Source: Octopus bimaculoides
Taxonomy: Eukaryota
Length of the DNA stretch: 37,331 nucleotides
Assembly (NCBI RefSeq): GCF_001194135.2
Contig: NC_068983.1
Location: forward strand, 146,642,630-146,679,960
Direction of reading: 5' to 3'
The notes under the pieces are model-generated. The model saw only the letters and a program-made list of their open reading frames with translations, did not search any database and was not told where the DNA came from. A program made the translations under genes and the position numbers. Every line of letters begins with the position of its first letter. Position 1 is the stretch's first letter. Positions 35,951-37,331 of this stretch are shown here, piece by piece.

Positions 35951-36654
35951 GAATATTACATTAATAATACATCCCAGTCTCTAAAATTGATTCAGAGAAA
36001 GGCTAGAAATACATTCCTATATTGATTTAAAGAATTTATAAGTTCTATATTCTTATATCACATCTCTTATATACAGATTGCCTAATATATATCCAGTACG
36101 TAGTTCATATCCTCACTGGAATACTTATCTGTATTTGTGACATATGACAAAAGCATTTAATTCTTGATTGACTTAATTCCATTCTCAGGTAAGGGATAAG
36201 TTAGGAAAATAAAGTTTATGTCTGTCGGCAGCTGGCGAATTGTAAAATTGATAAGTGTTCTGATAGTTTGGAATAAGGAATTCAAGATCCTTTGTGATGC
36301 TGTAGAAAATATTAGGAAGATAATTTGGTAATTAGATTCAGACCAAAGTCATTATTTACCACTGAATATAAATTGTAGTTTTAATTAAGAGTCAGTGCAG
36401 CTAAGATAGTCTCAACCAGGATGACTTACCAAATATACATTGCATGGAGTAGAATACTCCAATGCTACATCAATGAGATGTAACTCTCTATTATCAAGTT
36501 TGATTATTTCTATCACAGACATAAAACATTGGTGGTCATAGTACAAGTACTGTTGATTTCATGGTTGTTGTGCATTATCAATTATCCATTAAAAAAAAAA
36601 TCTATTTCTCTGCAAATATATTTATTATTTGAAGAAAAAACTATTTGACCATAC

Positions 36655-36791
36655 CTGAAGATTGCCAGATCCTTGTTGGAGATAATAATCAAAGTATAAA
36701 CTATGGCCTGCTGGAGGCATAACATTTGGAAAAGAAAGATGTGTCTTGTCTCCAGGTTTGCCATTTATAGAATCAACATACATGTAATAGT
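36655..36791 (-). CDS. Exon A (most 5' in window) of MAM/LDLa/SRCR mosaic gene; middle of MAM domain 1
   Basis: Acceptor ttttctttcttttctttcag, donor cag|gtatgg. Translates (x)YYMYVDSINGKPGDKTHLSFPNVMPPAGHSLYFDYYLQQGSGNLQ, matching the MAM YMYV.S...G...L pattern. Phase 1 in, 0 out. Confidence 0.85.
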
Positions 36792-36959
36792 CTGAAAGAA
36801 AAGAAAGAAAATGGGAATTAAAGGATAAAATAATGATGTATCTTCAATACTGGTTTCTTTTATTGCTAGAAAAGCAGTTGATAAGGAACACTATAAGAAC
36901 AAATGACAGCATTATTTCCTCCTATTCCTTCTCTTATTTTGATTGACCTGCACAAATGA

Positions 36960-37190
36960 TTTGTTTATAGTGACCGCCTGACTGGCCTTCATGCCAGTGG
37001 CATGTAAAAGCACCCACTACACTCTCGGAGTGGTTGGCGTTAGGAAGGGCATCCAGCTGTAGAAACTCTGCCAAATCAGATTGGAGCCTGGTGTAGCCAT
37101 CTGGTTTCACCAGTCCTCAGTCAAATCGTCCAACCCATGCTAGCATGGAAAGCGGATGTTAAACGACGATGATGATGATGATGATGATCA
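36960..37190 (+). mobile_element. RTE-associated 3' UTR repeat with (GAT)n tail
   Basis: Best-preserved copy: ggagtggttggcgttaggaagggcatccagctgtagaaac...gcatggaaagcggatgttaaacgacgatgatgat. Confidence 0.8.
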
Positions 37191-37331
37191 AATGCATGTG
37201 CTGTACATAAGCTCACTCCCTCCATTCAATTGACATTTGCTGAACAGATACATGGTGTACCACATGTCTGGTGTCAAAGTGACTACAGAGCAATGTGAGA
37301 TGAAATGTTTTGCTCAAGAACACAACCTGGT

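Noticed and set aside
36430-36549. Open 120-nt phase 0-0 candidate exon with a strong gtaagt donor
   Set aside because: Poor acceptor and no MAM motif; exons A and B already join into a complete MAM half without it.

Overview
AT-rich, repeat-dense eukaryotic DNA with six N gaps. The repeat set (RTE LINEs with (GAT)n tails, tRNA-headed SINEs, mariners) suggests an octopod cephalopod; this is inference. One gene runs across the window on the minus strand. I reconstructed 12 complete exons and 1 gap-truncated exon by hand, with GT-AG borders and compatible phases wherever both ends are visible. They encode part of an extracellular mosaic protein: MAM-MAM-LDLa-MAM-(Thr/Tyr/Cys linker)-LDLa-LDLa-SRCR-like, continuing beyond both window ends. 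The introns hold decayed mariner/Tc1, RTE, CR1-like and Penelope-like (PLE) elements, SINEs and microsatellites. The most interesting items are: (1) two copies of a tRNA-headed SINE-like unit carrying a minimal type-I hammerhead ribozyme motif, next to PLE remnants; (2) a zinc-knuckle ORF1/Gag-like ORF with no pol; (3) a PHD-like finger inside RTE reverse transcriptase; (4) a 280-bp foldback flanked by an apparent TSD; (5) two mariner derivatives built from two 3' ends. Most ORF-track entries are N-gap or microsatellite artefacts. Exon coordinates were counted by hand; repeat boundaries are approximate.
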